DNA of 64,000 nt from an uncultured beta proteobacterium (lineage in GTDB: Bacteria; Pseudomonadota; Gammaproteobacteria; Burkholderiales; Burkholderiaceae_F). Below the pieces are notes generated by a model, which made no database searches, had not been told where the DNA came from, and saw only the letters and a list, made by a program, of their open reading frames with translations. Of this stretch, positions 53,882-63,457 are shown piece by piece. The stretch's first letter is position 1; each line of letters starts with the position of its first letter. Both the position numbers and the translations under genes were made by a program. Where the stretch lies: positions 9,980 to 73,979 of the forward strand of contig CAVSCF010000009.1 of the NCBI GenBank assembly GCA_963726405.1, read 5' to 3'.

Positions 53882-56125
53882 TCAGTCGGTCGTCCGCGAT
53901 TCGTTGCGGTGCTGCAGCGCCTCGTCGATCATCCGCAGCACCTGGGTCGGTTCGGCCGGCTTGACGAGGTGAAAGTCGAACCCTGATTGCAGCGCCCGCT
54001 CGCGATCGGAAGATTGGCCGTAGCCGGTGATCGCGATGATCACGCAGTGCGACGTTTCGGGCGACTTCCGCAGTTCTTCCGCCACCTGGTATCCATTGAG
54101 TGCGGGTAGCCCGATGTCGAGCAGCACGACATCGGGTTGGAAGGCCCGCGCGCGTTCGACCGCGGCGCGACCGTCGTACGCGATCTGGACTTCGTGAAAT
54201 GGCTCGAGTATCCAGGCCAGTGCCTCGGCCGCGTCGTAGTTGTCGTCGACCACGAGCACCCTGCCGCGCGAACCGTGCAGGCGCGGCGGGGCGGTTTCCA
54301 CCGGCGGCACGATGCGATCCGGCTGGCGCGGGCTGAGAGGCAGCCGCACGGTGAACGTGGCCCCACGCCCTCGACCCTCGCTGGTTGCGTGCACCTCGCC
54401 ACCGTGCAGGCGCGTCAACTCGCGCACGAGCGTGAGACCGACGCCGAGGCCGCCGCTGGTGCGCTCCAGCGAGTCGTCGCCCTGCACGAACATGTCGAAT
54501 ACGCGATCGACCAGTTCCGTGGGGATGCCGGCCCCCTGGTCGTGCACGGTGAGGATGGCCTGGCCGTCGTCGTCCTTCAGCCAGACATTCACCTGCCCGC
54601 CCGTCGGACTGAACTTCACGGCATTTGAGAGAAGGTTGTCAACGACCTGCGTGAGCCGCACGAGGTCGCCGTCGACCCAGACCGGTTCGGGCGGCTCGTC
54701 CCACACCAGCGACTGCTTGCGGTGCACCGCAATCGCTTCCGCGGCGTGCACACAGACCGAGACCACGGTGCGCAGGTCGAGCAGGATCGGATGCAGAACG
54801 ATTCTTCCCTGCGTGATGCGCGAAACGTCGAGCAGGTCGTCGACCAGGCGGCTGAGGTGCATCACCTGGCGCGCGATGATTTCGCGCGCCCGCGCAATGT
54901 TGCGCGGATCGGGCGGCTGCACGCGCAGGGTCTCGGCGGCGGTGCGGATCGGCGCCAGCGGGTTGCGCAATTCGTGCGCAAGCATGGCGAGGAAGGCGTC
55001 CTTGCGGCGGTCCTCGTGCTCGAGCGCGGTCAGCCGCTCGCGCGCCACCCCCTCGCTGTGCCGCAGGCTGCCCACGAGTTCCGCGACGCGTTGCGAGGCT
55101 TCCCGCATGCCGGCGTAGGCGTCGTCGAGTTCGCGAAACGTGAAGCGCCGGGCGGGAATCTGTTCGCCCGATGACAGCCGGTGCGCTTGTTCCGAGATCT
55201 CGACGAGTTCCCCGCGCACGCGCCGCGAGAACGTCACCACGCCGAGGATCGACAGCGCAAGCAGCACGACCCCGAGCGCGGCGAGGGCGTAGATCGAGTT
55301 GGCGAAAGTGGCGACATAGCCGCTGCGCGGGATGCCGATCGCCACCGTCCATCCGAATGGGAGCTGTTCCCACGCGGTGAGGATCGACTCGCCTTCGAGC
55401 GAACGCGAAGGCGCGGCACCGCGCGGAGCGCTGCGCAGAAGCTCCATGTAGTAATCCGGGACTTCGCGGCCGAAAGATCTTCCGGCGTTGCGGCTGCGTG
55501 CGACCAGTCGCGAGGAACGATCGAGGATCGCGGCAACGCCGCCGGCCCCGGTCTGCTGCTCGGTGAGCAGCCGCGACAGGCCCTCGTGATCGAGGCGTGC
55601 CGTGAGAACGCCGCGCAGGACGCCATCGACCTTCACCGGAACGGCGAGCGCGATGGAAGGTGCGCCATCGACGCTGTCGGGCACGATGTCCGAGATCGCC
55701 GGTTGGCCGGTAGTGACGACGCGTTCCTCGATCGGCCGTCGTGCAGCAGGGAGCGGACGACCGAACGGCACGAGCGCATTGACCGTCTGCTGGCCGGCGA
55801 GATCGAACAGCACGAGGTTCGTGAACTGCCGGCGGTCGTCCACGACGCGGGCGAGATAGGCGTGGAAGTCCGCGAGGCGACCGGTGCGAAGCAGCGAGGA
55901 CTCCGCGATGCGCTCCAGTTCACGGGTCGACCCCGCGATCTCGCGGTCGAGCGCGACGGCGAGCGTGTGCGCGGTGTGCTGCAGTTCGCGCTGAAGCTCC
56001 GACTGCTGCGCGGACCACAGCGCGTACAGCAGCGTCGCGGCGAACGCGAGAGTCGGCAGCACGATGGCCACCGGCAGTGCGGACAGGCGCGCGACGAGCG
56101 AGCGCGATCGGGGGGAGTGCGTCAT
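53882..56125 (-). CDS. hybrid sensor histidine kinase / response regulator
   Basis: The 747-aa ORF has two TM segments flanking a periplasmic sensor of about 250 aa. It also has a HisKA H-box (MLAHELRNPLAPI), HATPase_c motifs (N, G1, G2) and a C-terminal receiver (VLVVDDN..LLDIGLP..K). Confidence 0.9.
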   Translation of the reverse strand: MTHSPRSRSLVARLSALPVAIVLPTLAFAATLLYALWSAQQSELQRELQHTAHTLAVALDREIAGSTRELERIAESSLLRTGRLADFHAYLARVVDDRRQFTNLVLFDLAGQQTVNALVPFGRPLPAARRPIEERVVTTGQPAISDIVPDSVDGAPSIALAVPVKVDGVLRGVLTARLDHEGLSRLLTEQQTGAGGVAAILDRSSRLVARSRNAGRSFGREVPDYYMELLRSAPRGAAPSRSLEGESILTAWEQLPFGWTVAIGIPRSGYVATFANSIYALAALGVVLLALSILGVVTFSRRVRGELVEISEQAHRLSSGEQIPARRFTFRELDDAYAGMREASQRVAELVGSLRHSEGVARERLTALEHEDRRKDAFLAMLAHELRNPLAPIRTAAETLRVQPPDPRNIARAREIIARQVMHLSRLVDDLLDVSRITQGRIVLHPILLDLRTVVSVCVHAAEAIAVHRKQSLVWDEPPEPVWVDGDLVRLTQVVDNLLSNAVKFSPTGGQVNVWLKDDDGQAILTVHDQGAGIPTELVDRVFDMFVQGDDSLERTSGGLGVGLTLVRELTRLHGGEVHATSEGRGRGATFTVRLPLSPRQPDRIVPPVETAPPRLHGSRGRVLVVDDNYDAAEALAWILEPFHEVQIAYDGRAAVERARAFQPDVVLLDIGLPALNGYQVAEELRKSPETSHCVIIAITGYGQSSDRERALQSGFDFHLVKPAEPTQVLRMIDEALQHRNESRTTD

Positions 56126-56276
56126 CGGGGGGGACGCCCGGCGGAAGCAGGGAGGCGAAGGAGAAGGTACGGGAGTGATCGATGGGCGTCAAACGCGCGC
56201 TGGGAAGCCGGCGAGAAGTCGGGCACGCCGCTCGCCCAATGGCGATCCGTTGCAATGATGGGTGCGAGGAGAGCAG

Positions 56277-56505
56277 ATGGACGAGGTCGACCTCGCCGCC
56301 GGGTTGATGGAGATGGAAGCGGAACTCAAGCGTCGCGCGCGCGAGCGCGGGGGAACCGCCGAGGCTCTTGGAAACCTGCCGCGACCGCGATGAACCGCTC
56401 GAGGGACGCGTGCTCCGTGCGGCGGGATTCTGCGATCGCTACTGCCGCGATCGGTACGAACTCTCTGAGAGAGTTCGCCGGATCAAGGGTCAGTGCGGAC
56501 GCTGA
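56277..56505 (+). pseudogene. possible decayed small zinc-ribbon-like ORF (75 aa if a G5 run is read as G4)
   Basis: AGGAGA lies 5 nt before the ATG at 56277. The frame stops at 56391-56393 after 38 codons. Removing one G from the run 56349-56353 gives MDEVDLAAGLMEMEAELKRRARERGEPPRLLETCRDRDEPLEGRVLRAAGFCDRYCRDRYELSERVRRIKGQCGR, ending just before the hairpin at 56515. The family assignment is speculative. Confidence 0.25.
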
Positions 56506-56514
56506 GGAAGCGAA

Positions 56515-56539
56515 GGGCCGCGTTCTGCGGACGCGGCCC
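56515..56539. terminator. 9-bp-stem hairpin between convergent transcription units
   Basis: GGGCCGCGT-TCTGCGG-ACGCGGCCC. Confidence 0.45.
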
Positions 56540-56559
56540 GGGCCCGCCTGGACGGACGG

Positions 56560-57534
56560 TCAGTCGGCGTAGACGCCGGCGGCCTTGATGACCGGGCCCC
56601 AGCGTTCGATCTCGGCCTTCAGGTGCGCCGCGAGCGCGGCGGGCGTGGCCTGCTCGGCCGTGTAGACGGTCGCCCCGAGTTCGGTCATGCGCTTGCGGAA
56701 ATCGGGCTCGGTGAGCGCCTGCTGCAGCGCCCCCGCCAGTTTGTCGATCACCGCCTTGGGCGTGCCCTTGGGCGCATAGACGCCGTGCCACACACCCACC
56801 TGGAATCCCTTGAGCCCGCTCTCGTCGAGCGTGCGCAGGTTCGGCAGCGTAGGCACCCTGGCCTTGCTCGTCACGCCGTACGCCTTCACGGTCCCCGCGT
56901 TGATGTGCTGCGTCGTGTTCGTCGTCTGGTCGCAGAGGAAGTCGACCTGCTTGCCGAGGACCGCATTGAGTGCATCGGCCGTGCCCTTGAAGGGAACGGT
57001 CGTGACCTCGGCCTGCATCGCGCTCTGCAGCAGCAAGCCGCACAGGTGCGACGCCGAGCCGATGCCGGCGTTCGCGAGGTTCAGCTTGGCCTTGTTCGCC
57101 TTTACGTAGGCGACGAACTCGTTGAGGTCCTTTGCGGGAAAGTCGGAACGGGCAATGAGGGTCATCGGCGTGTCGACCACCATCCCGACCATTTCGAAAT
57201 CGGTCTGCGGGTTGTAGGCGAGCTTGCGGTACAGCGCCGGCGCGGTCGACATCCCGATGTGGTGGAGCAGGAGGGTGTAGCCGTCGGGAGCGGCGTTCTT
57301 CAGGCGCGTACTCGCGATGGTGCCTCCGGCGCCCGCGGTGTTTTCGACGACGACCGATTGTCCGAGTGACTTGCTCATGCCCTGCGCGAGGGAACGTGCA
57401 ACGGTATCGGTCGGCCCGCCGGCGGTGAACGGCACGATGATCGTGACGGGCTTCGATGGAAAGGCCTGGGCCGATGCGGAGGACGCGGCGGCCGTGCACA
57501 GCAGTGCCGCCGCGAGGCGCAGGATCTTTTTCAT
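56560..57534 (-). CDS. Bug family (TctC-like) tripartite tricarboxylate transporter substrate-binding protein
   Basis: Internal ATG at 57534. It has a signal peptide, then ..FPSKPVTIIVPFTAGGPTDTVARSLAQ..VVENTAGAGG.. Confidence 0.9.
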   Translation of the reverse strand: MKKILRLAAALLCTAAASSASAQAFPSKPVTIIVPFTAGGPTDTVARSLAQGMSKSLGQSVVVENTAGAGGTIASTRLKNAAPDGYTLLLHHIGMSTAPALYRKLAYNPQTDFEMVGMVVDTPMTLIARSDFPAKDLNEFVAYVKANKAKLNLANAGIGSASHLCGLLLQSAMQAEVTTVPFKGTADALNAVLGKQVDFLCDQTTNTTQHINAGTVKAYGVTSKARVPTLPNLRTLDESGLKGFQVGVWHGVYAPKGTPKAVIDKLAGALQQALTEPDFRKRMTELGATVYTAEQATPAALAAHLKAEIERWGPVIKAAGVYAD

Positions 57535-57674
57535 GGCAGTCTCCTTCTTGGTTCTTTCGTTATGTAATGGCGCGGCGAGCGCCGGTCGCCTTGCAGGCAC
57601 ACGCACGCAATCATGCGCGCGGGGAGCGTAACAGCGCGATGTTCGCAACGCGACAGGAAACGGCCCGCAACGAC

Positions 57675-58946
57675 TCAGGGTTTTGCCGATGTCCGGGTGC
57701 CGACGAGGAAGCTCGCAAGCGCCCCCAGCGCGGCCGCACCGGCCATCACGAGGATCGCCTGGTTCCAGGCCGTGGCGATGTCGCCTGCGGCACGCCCGCG
57801 GTCCAGAACCCAACCGACGAGCGGCTGCAGGATGCCGGTGCCCAGGAAGATGCCGACGTTGACGACGGCGGTGGCGATCCCCGCGAACTCCACCGGGTTC
57901 GCCTCCTTGGCAATGGTCCAGGAAAGGGTGAAGCCCGGGATGAGCAGCCCCATCAGCAGAAACCAGCCCAGTGTTGCCGCCAGGGGCCAGTCGGCGTGCA
58001 GCACCCATGGCGACCACGAGAGCACGTAGAGCAGGACGAATGCGCGCATCACCCCGCGCCGGCTCTGCAGTCGATCGGAGATCACGCCGATGAGCAGCGA
58101 TCCGATGGCCACGCCGAGCAGCAGCATGCTCGTGTGTTGCGCCGCGTCCACCCGGGTCATTCCGCGCGTCTGCTGCAGGTACGGCACGGCCCACAGCCCC
58201 GCGAAGGTCAGGTAACTCCCTCCAACGCCCATGTTGACGACGAACGCCGGCCACGTGGCGCGATTCGCGAGCACGCGCAGCACGGCATGCATCCACGGCA
58301 CTCGGGCGGTGGAGGGCGCGGCCGGGTTCACGGCGGGCAGGCCGGCGTCCTCGGGACGGTCGCGCACACGCCACCAGCTTGCAAGCGCGAGCAGCGCGGA
58401 CAGGGCGGCGAGGCCGACGAACACCGACCGCCACGACGCCTGGGTCACCAGCCACGCGAGTGGGGCCCCGGCGATGACCGCGCCGAGGTTGCCGGCGAAC
58501 ATCGTCATCCCCGCGAGCGTCGCGAAACGGTTCGCGGGGAACCAGACCGCCGACACTTTCAGGATCGAGATGAAGGCGACGGACACGCCGATGCCGACGA
58601 GCGTCCGACCCACGGCCGCGATCTCCCAGGCGGGCGCGAGAGCGAAGAGCAGCGAACCGACGGCGGCGACGGCCGAGCCGCCTGCGAGCAGCTTGCGCGG
58701 GCCGAGCGTGTCCGCGAGCACGCCGACCGGGATCTGCAGCACGGTGTACACATAGAAGTACGTCGCCGCGAGCGTGCCGAGGACGGCGCCGCTGATCGCG
58801 AACGCCTGCGTCAGTTCGCCGGCGATGGCGGCGGGGGCCGTACGGTGGAAGAACGAGAGCACGAAGCTCGCGAGCGCCAGTGCGAACACGATGCGGCGCG
58901 TGCTCGCGAGCGCGGTGCTGCGGGGCAAAGCGGAACCCGACGGCAT
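57675..58946 (-). CDS. MFS transporter
   Basis: The 423-aa ORF has about 12 predicted TM segments and MFS loop motifs (..GVLADTLGPRK..). Confidence 0.88.
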   Translation of the reverse strand: MPSGSALPRSTALASTRRIVFALALASFVLSFFHRTAPAAIAGELTQAFAISGAVLGTLAATYFYVYTVLQIPVGVLADTLGPRKLLAGGSAVAAVGSLLFALAPAWEIAAVGRTLVGIGVSVAFISILKVSAVWFPANRFATLAGMTMFAGNLGAVIAGAPLAWLVTQASWRSVFVGLAALSALLALASWWRVRDRPEDAGLPAVNPAAPSTARVPWMHAVLRVLANRATWPAFVVNMGVGGSYLTFAGLWAVPYLQQTRGMTRVDAAQHTSMLLLGVAIGSLLIGVISDRLQSRRGVMRAFVLLYVLSWSPWVLHADWPLAATLGWFLLMGLLIPGFTLSWTIAKEANPVEFAGIATAVVNVGIFLGTGILQPLVGWVLDRGRAAGDIATAWNQAILVMAGAAALGALASFLVGTRTSAKP

Positions 58947-59072
58947 CTGTGGTCCTGGTCGAGAGCGAAGCTTACGCGGCGGACGCGGAACGACCCGCGC
59001 TGTTCATGGGTCAGAATCAGGGTATGCCGCTTGCCGCACGTCCCGTCCCACCCCGCCGCTTCGGAGTATCCG

Positions 59073-59252
59073 ATGAACAAGGATCGGGTCAAAGGTCGCG
59101 TGAACCAGGCGACCGGCAAGGTGAAGGAAGAAGCCGCCAAGGCCATGGACGACACGTCGCTGACCATCAAGGGCAAGGCCGAGAACGCCGGCGGCAAGAC
59201 GCAGGCCACCCTGGGCGACGTCAAGAACGACATGAAGAAGTCGTCGCGCTGA
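59073..59252 (+). CDS. CsbD family stress-response protein
   Basis: The 59-aa ORF reads MNKDRVKGRVNQATGKVKEEAAKAMDDTSLTIKGKAENAGGKTQ... Confidence 0.85.
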   Translation: MNKDRVKGRVNQATGKVKEEAAKAMDDTSLTIKGKAENAGGKTQATLGDVKNDMKKSSR

Positions 59253-59254
59253 GC

Positions 59255-60052
59255 ATGCCGCAGACGGCCACGGCGCCGTTCGGCGCCGGGGCCTTCTTTT
59301 CGTCCGTCGTTCGCGTCGCCCTTCGCGGACTGCTGCTCGCAACCCTGCAGGTCCACGGCGCCGAGGCGGCGCCTGTCACCCGTGGTGAGCCGCGCGCCGA
59401 CCCGGCCAGGGTCGTGGCACTCGTCGCCCAGCGGACCAGCAACTTCCGCGCTGCCAACAAGCTCGCGGCGCTGCAGGTCAACGGCACGCTGGCCGACGCG
59501 GCGCAGCGCTTTGCCGAGTACATGGCGAGCACCGAGCAGTACGGGCACGAGGCCGATGGCCGGCAACCCGCCGACCGGGCGCTTGCGCACGGCTACGAGT
59601 ACTGCATCGTCGCGGAGAACATTGCCTACCAGTTCAGCTCGCGGGGGTTCGCCAGCGAGGAACTCGCCGAGCGCCTGGTCGAAGCCTGGGAACAGTCCCC
59701 GGAGCACCGTCGCAACATGCTGCTGCCCGGCGCGGTCGATATCGGGGTGGGTGTCGCGCGCAGCGACCGCACCCAGCGGTATTACGCCGTCCAGATGTTC
59801 GGCCGTCCGAAGAGCGCCGCGACCCAATTCGCGATCGCCAACAGGTCGGATGCGGCCATTCGCTACGAAGTCGACCAGCAGGCGTACACGCTGCCACCGC
59901 GCGTCACGCGCACCCATCAGGGGTGTTTCAGCGGCTCCTTGAAGGTGGTGTGGCCCGACGGGCCGCCCGGCCCGGGGCTCCAGCCGCACGACGGCGCCCG
60001 CTATACCGTGGAGCGCGACGAGTCGGGGCAGTTGCGGCTGCAGACGAACTGA
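59255..60052 (+). CDS. CAP/SCP (PR-1-like) domain protein with a C-terminal extension
   Basis: The 265-aa ORF has a signal-like N-terminus and a CAP core (..RFAEYMASTEQYGHEADG..GENIAY..WEQSPEHRRNML..). Confidence 0.8.
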   Translation: MPQTATAPFGAGAFFSSVVRVALRGLLLATLQVHGAEAAPVTRGEPRADPARVVALVAQRTSNFRAANKLAALQVNGTLADAAQRFAEYMASTEQYGHEADGRQPADRALAHGYEYCIVAENIAYQFSSRGFASEELAERLVEAWEQSPEHRRNMLLPGAVDIGVGVARSDRTQRYYAVQMFGRPKSAATQFAIANRSDAAIRYEVDQQAYTLPPRVTRTHQGCFSGSLKVVWPDGPPGPGLQPHDGARYTVERDESGQLRLQTN

Positions 60053-60083
60053 CCGGCTCGCCTGGCAGGATGCATCCCGCGTC

Positions 60084-62399
60084 ATGAACCGGACCCTCGC
60101 CCGCCGCGTCGCCATCGGCGTGGCCGTGCTTGCCGTCCTCCTCATCGTGGCCGGCGGCATCTTCATCGCCGCGTTCGACGTCAATCGGTACAAGCCGCAG
60201 ATCGTCGCCGCGGTCAAGGAGCGTACGGGTCGCGTGCTCCGCTTCGACGGCGACCTGGCCCTGTCGCTCTTCCCGCGCGTGGCCGTGAAGGTGCCCGTCA
60301 CGACGCTGTCCGAGCCGGGCAGCGACACGGTGTTCGCCCGCCTGCAGTCGGCGCGGGCCGCCGTTGCCCTGCTGCCCTTGCTGCGCCGGACGATCGAGGT
60401 GGATGCCGTGCACATCGAGGGGCTGCAGGCGACGGTCATTCGGCGCAAGGATGGCTCGACCAACATCGACGACCTGCTGCAGCGGCAGAGCGAGGCCCCG
60501 GCGGCCAGAGGCGGAACGTCGCCGTCGCCGCCGCCGGCCACGACGGTCGCCGCCGTCGAACTGAAGAACGCGGACATCACGTACCGCGATCTCGCCGCGA
60601 ATCGCACCGTGCGGGTGACCGAGTTCGATCTGCGTGCCGGACGCTACGCCGCGGGCGTGAGCGTGCCCCTCGAGGTCAGTGCGGTGGTGACTGCCAGCGA
60701 CCCGGCAATCGTGGCGCGCGTGGACTTCCAGGCCGAGGTCGAGTGGGCGGATCAAGGCGGGCTGCGGGCGGCCCGCGGACTGTCGCTGAAGAGCGAGGGC
60801 ACGCTGAACAAGCAGCCCATGACCGTCGACATGAAGGCGGAGCGGATCGCCGCGGCGCCGGACGTGCTCGAGGTTCGCGGGGTCAAGCTTGTAGCGGGCG
60901 GCCAGGGGGAGGGCGGGGCGCCCTGGGAATTTCAGGTCCTCGTGCCGCGACTTGACGCCAGCCCATCCCGGGCGACCAGCGAGCGCATCGAACTCACGTT
61001 CGCGCGCCGTGGCCCCGAGCCGCTCGAAATCAGGATGCTCGCCGAAGGCATCGGCGGGACCGCGGCGCGCCTGCAGGCGCCTTCCGTCAAGTGGAGCGGT
61101 ACGAGCCGTGCGAGTCAGCGGACGGCCCGGCTCGAAATGGCGGGATCGCTGATCGCCAGCATCAACGACAAGACGCTGCGCATCGACCGCTCCACCGGCG
61201 AGGTGGTGATCGAGGATTCCGCGTTCGGCCCCCAGCCGGTTCGCCTGCCGCTGATCGTCAGCGGCGCCGTCGATGGCCCGCGCGAAGCGGTCGTGCTTCA
61301 GTTCGAAACCCGGGGTGAAGGACTGAGCGCGCGCGGGAAGGTCAACGCCACCGGCTTTGCGGCGCCGCGCATCGTGTTCGACATCGATGCCGACCAGGTC
61401 GATGCCGATCGCTACTTCCTGCGGGCACCGACGACAGGCCGCGCGGCCGGTGCGGACAGGAAGGCGCCGAGCCCCGCGGCCAGCGGGCCCGCAGCTACCG
61501 CGCCCACCACCGGGCCTGCGGGCGCGAACGCCGAGGACGCGAAGGTGGACTTGAGCGCCCTGCGGTCGTTCAACGCGAGCGGCGAGTTGCGGATCGCACG
61601 CCTTCGTGTGAAGGGCACGGATGTCGCGGACTTCCGGGCCGCGGTCAAGGCAGACGACGGACGGGTCGACGTTGCGCCGTTCGGCCTGCGTGTCCATGGC
61701 GGCAGCGTCAACGGAAAGCTGGCCCTGGATGCGCGCAGCAACCGGGTCGCGGCGACCGGTTCGCTTGCCGGCATCCAGTTGCGACGGCTCGCGGGCAGCA
61801 TCGGCGGCCGCGCTGCGCTGGAAGGAAGCGCCAGCGGTACCTTCGATGTGGCGGCCACCGGGGCGACCATGAACCAGATGAAGCGGGCGCTGGGCGGTGC
61901 GATCGCGCTCGACGTGCGCGACGGCGCGCTGGTCGGCATCGACCTCGCCGACCTGATCGGCACGGCCGCTGCCTTCCTGCAGTCGAAGGGCCGGCAGACG
62001 GGCACGCTCGACGAGAACAAGCGAACGCCGTTCTCCCAGTTGACCGCGAGCGTCCGCATCAAGGACGGTGTGGCGACCAACGACGACCTGAAGGCGAAGT
62101 CGCCGCAGTTCGACCTCACGGGCGCCGGGCGCATGGACGTGGCGAGCACCGAACTCGACTATTCCCTGCGCGCGCACGTCCTGCCGGGCCCCGCGGCGGA
62201 GGCCGGACCCTTGCGTTCGGTGGCGGGCATCACGGTGCCCGTGCACATCAAGGGGCCGGTCGACCACCCGGGCTATGCCGTCGACTGGACCCCGATCGCC
62301 GCGGAATTGCTGCTCAGGCGCGCGACGGGCCGGACCGGCTCGCCTTCGGTGAACCAGGTGATCGAGGGGCTGGGCGAGCTGCTTCGACGCAAGAAGTAG
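60084..62399 (+). CDS. AsmA family outer-membrane biogenesis protein
   Basis: The 771-aa ORF has an N-terminal anchor, AsmA N-terminal (..FDVNRYKPQIVAAVKERTGR..) and AsmA_2-like C-terminal regions. Confidence 0.88.
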   Translation: MNRTLARRVAIGVAVLAVLLIVAGGIFIAAFDVNRYKPQIVAAVKERTGRVLRFDGDLALSLFPRVAVKVPVTTLSEPGSDTVFARLQSARAAVALLPLLRRTIEVDAVHIEGLQATVIRRKDGSTNIDDLLQRQSEAPAARGGTSPSPPPATTVAAVELKNADITYRDLAANRTVRVTEFDLRAGRYAAGVSVPLEVSAVVTASDPAIVARVDFQAEVEWADQGGLRAARGLSLKSEGTLNKQPMTVDMKAERIAAAPDVLEVRGVKLVAGGQGEGGAPWEFQVLVPRLDASPSRATSERIELTFARRGPEPLEIRMLAEGIGGTAARLQAPSVKWSGTSRASQRTARLEMAGSLIASINDKTLRIDRSTGEVVIEDSAFGPQPVRLPLIVSGAVDGPREAVVLQFETRGEGLSARGKVNATGFAAPRIVFDIDADQVDADRYFLRAPTTGRAAGADRKAPSPAASGPAATAPTTGPAGANAEDAKVDLSALRSFNASGELRIARLRVKGTDVADFRAAVKADDGRVDVAPFGLRVHGGSVNGKLALDARSNRVAATGSLAGIQLRRLAGSIGGRAALEGSASGTFDVAATGATMNQMKRALGGAIALDVRDGALVGIDLADLIGTAAAFLQSKGRQTGTLDENKRTPFSQLTASVRIKDGVATNDDLKAKSPQFDLTGAGRMDVASTELDYSLRAHVLPGPAAEAGPLRSVAGITVPVHIKGPVDHPGYAVDWTPIAAELLLRRATGRTGSPSVNQVIEGLGELLRRKK

Positions 62400-62401
62400 C
62401 G

Positions 62402-63310
62402 TCAGCGCACCGGTCCACTGCGCTTGCGCTGGCGTGCCACGCGTCGCGCGGTGTCGGCAAAGGCACGCAGCGCGGGCGAAGCGTCGTCGCGACGCCAGGC
62501 CAGGCAGGTGCCCACGCGGGGCGACTTCTCTTCGAGCGGGCGAAACTCGACCCCTCGCAACCGGATCTCCTGGGCGGAGGCGGGCACCAGCGCGACCCCG
62601 ATCCCGGCGGACACGAGTCCGACGACCGCGTGCGTCTGGCTCGCTTCCTGGGCCACGCGCGGCGCGAAGCCTCGCTGCAGGCAGAAGCCGAGCACGAGGT
62701 CATGCAGCACCAGGCCCGGCGAGCGCTGGAACATCACGAAGGGCTCGGACGCCAGCCGCATTGCACGAATGCGACGCGCGGCCGCCAGTGGATGGCCCGC
62801 CGGCAACGCGACACGCAAGGGCTCCTCGAGCAGCGACTCCGACGCAAGTTCGGCATCCGTGACCGGCGGGCGCACGAAACCCGCGTGGATGTCGCCGGCC
62901 CGCAACGCGGCGAGCTGCTGGGGCAAGGTCAGTTCGCGCAGGTCGAGCCGGACGCCCGGATGGCGTGCCGCGAAGTCGCGCAGCACGGCGGGCAGCAGCG
63001 TGAAGATGCTCGCGGACATGTACCCGATCGCCAGGCGGCCGATCTCGCCGCGGTGCGCGGCCTGCGCCAGTTGCACCGCCTCGCCGGCACGGGAGAGGAC
63101 CGACCGCGCCTGCTCGAGAAACACGCTGCCCGCATGGGTGAGCGCGACGCGGCGCCGGGTGCGTGCAAACAGCGCAACGCCGATTTCCTCCTCGAGCTTG
63201 AGGATCGCGAGCGACAGCGGCGGCTGCGTGATGGCGAGCCGCCGCGCGGCGCGGCCGAAGTGGAGCTCCTCGGCCAGCGTGACGAAGTAGCGCAGCGTCC
63301 TCAGTTCCAT
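62402..63310 (-). CDS. LysR family transcriptional regulator
   Basis: The 302-aa ORF reads MELRTLRYFVTLAEELHFGRAARRLAITQPPLS.. (wHTH) and has a LysR substrate-binding domain. Confidence 0.92.
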   Translation of the reverse strand: MELRTLRYFVTLAEELHFGRAARRLAITQPPLSLAILKLEEEIGVALFARTRRRVALTHAGSVFLEQARSVLSRAGEAVQLAQAAHRGEIGRLAIGYMSASIFTLLPAVLRDFAARHPGVRLDLRELTLPQQLAALRAGDIHAGFVRPPVTDAELASESLLEEPLRVALPAGHPLAAARRIRAMRLASEPFVMFQRSPGLVLHDLVLGFCLQRGFAPRVAQEASQTHAVVGLVSAGIGVALVPASAQEIRLRGVEFRPLEEKSPRVGTCLAWRRDDASPALRAFADTARRVARQRKRSGPVR

Positions 63311-63311
63311 G

Positions 63312-63334
63312 ATTGATACATAGAATGAATCAAT
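63312..63334. promoter_or_regulatory. LysR-type T-N11-A box in the divergent promoter region
   Basis: ATTGAT-N11-ATCAAT is a perfect dyad immediately upstream of the LysR start, in an AT-rich intergenic region. Confidence 0.5.
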
Positions 63335-63457
63335 ACGGCATCAAATATATATTGGACCGATAGTAGATGCGAGCCTAGGCTCACGGGTCATCCGGCACTC
63401 GAGGCGCTCCGGCCGGGCGCGCGAGTGTCCCCACCGAAAACCTGCACTGGAGACACG

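Noticed and set aside
53241-53972. Accepting the full 243-aa phasin ORF as annotated by the track.
   Set aside because: The C-terminal third crosses a strong terminator-like hairpin and overlaps the convergent kinase gene, with an artefact-like composition. A frame-corrected end at 53827 is more plausible.
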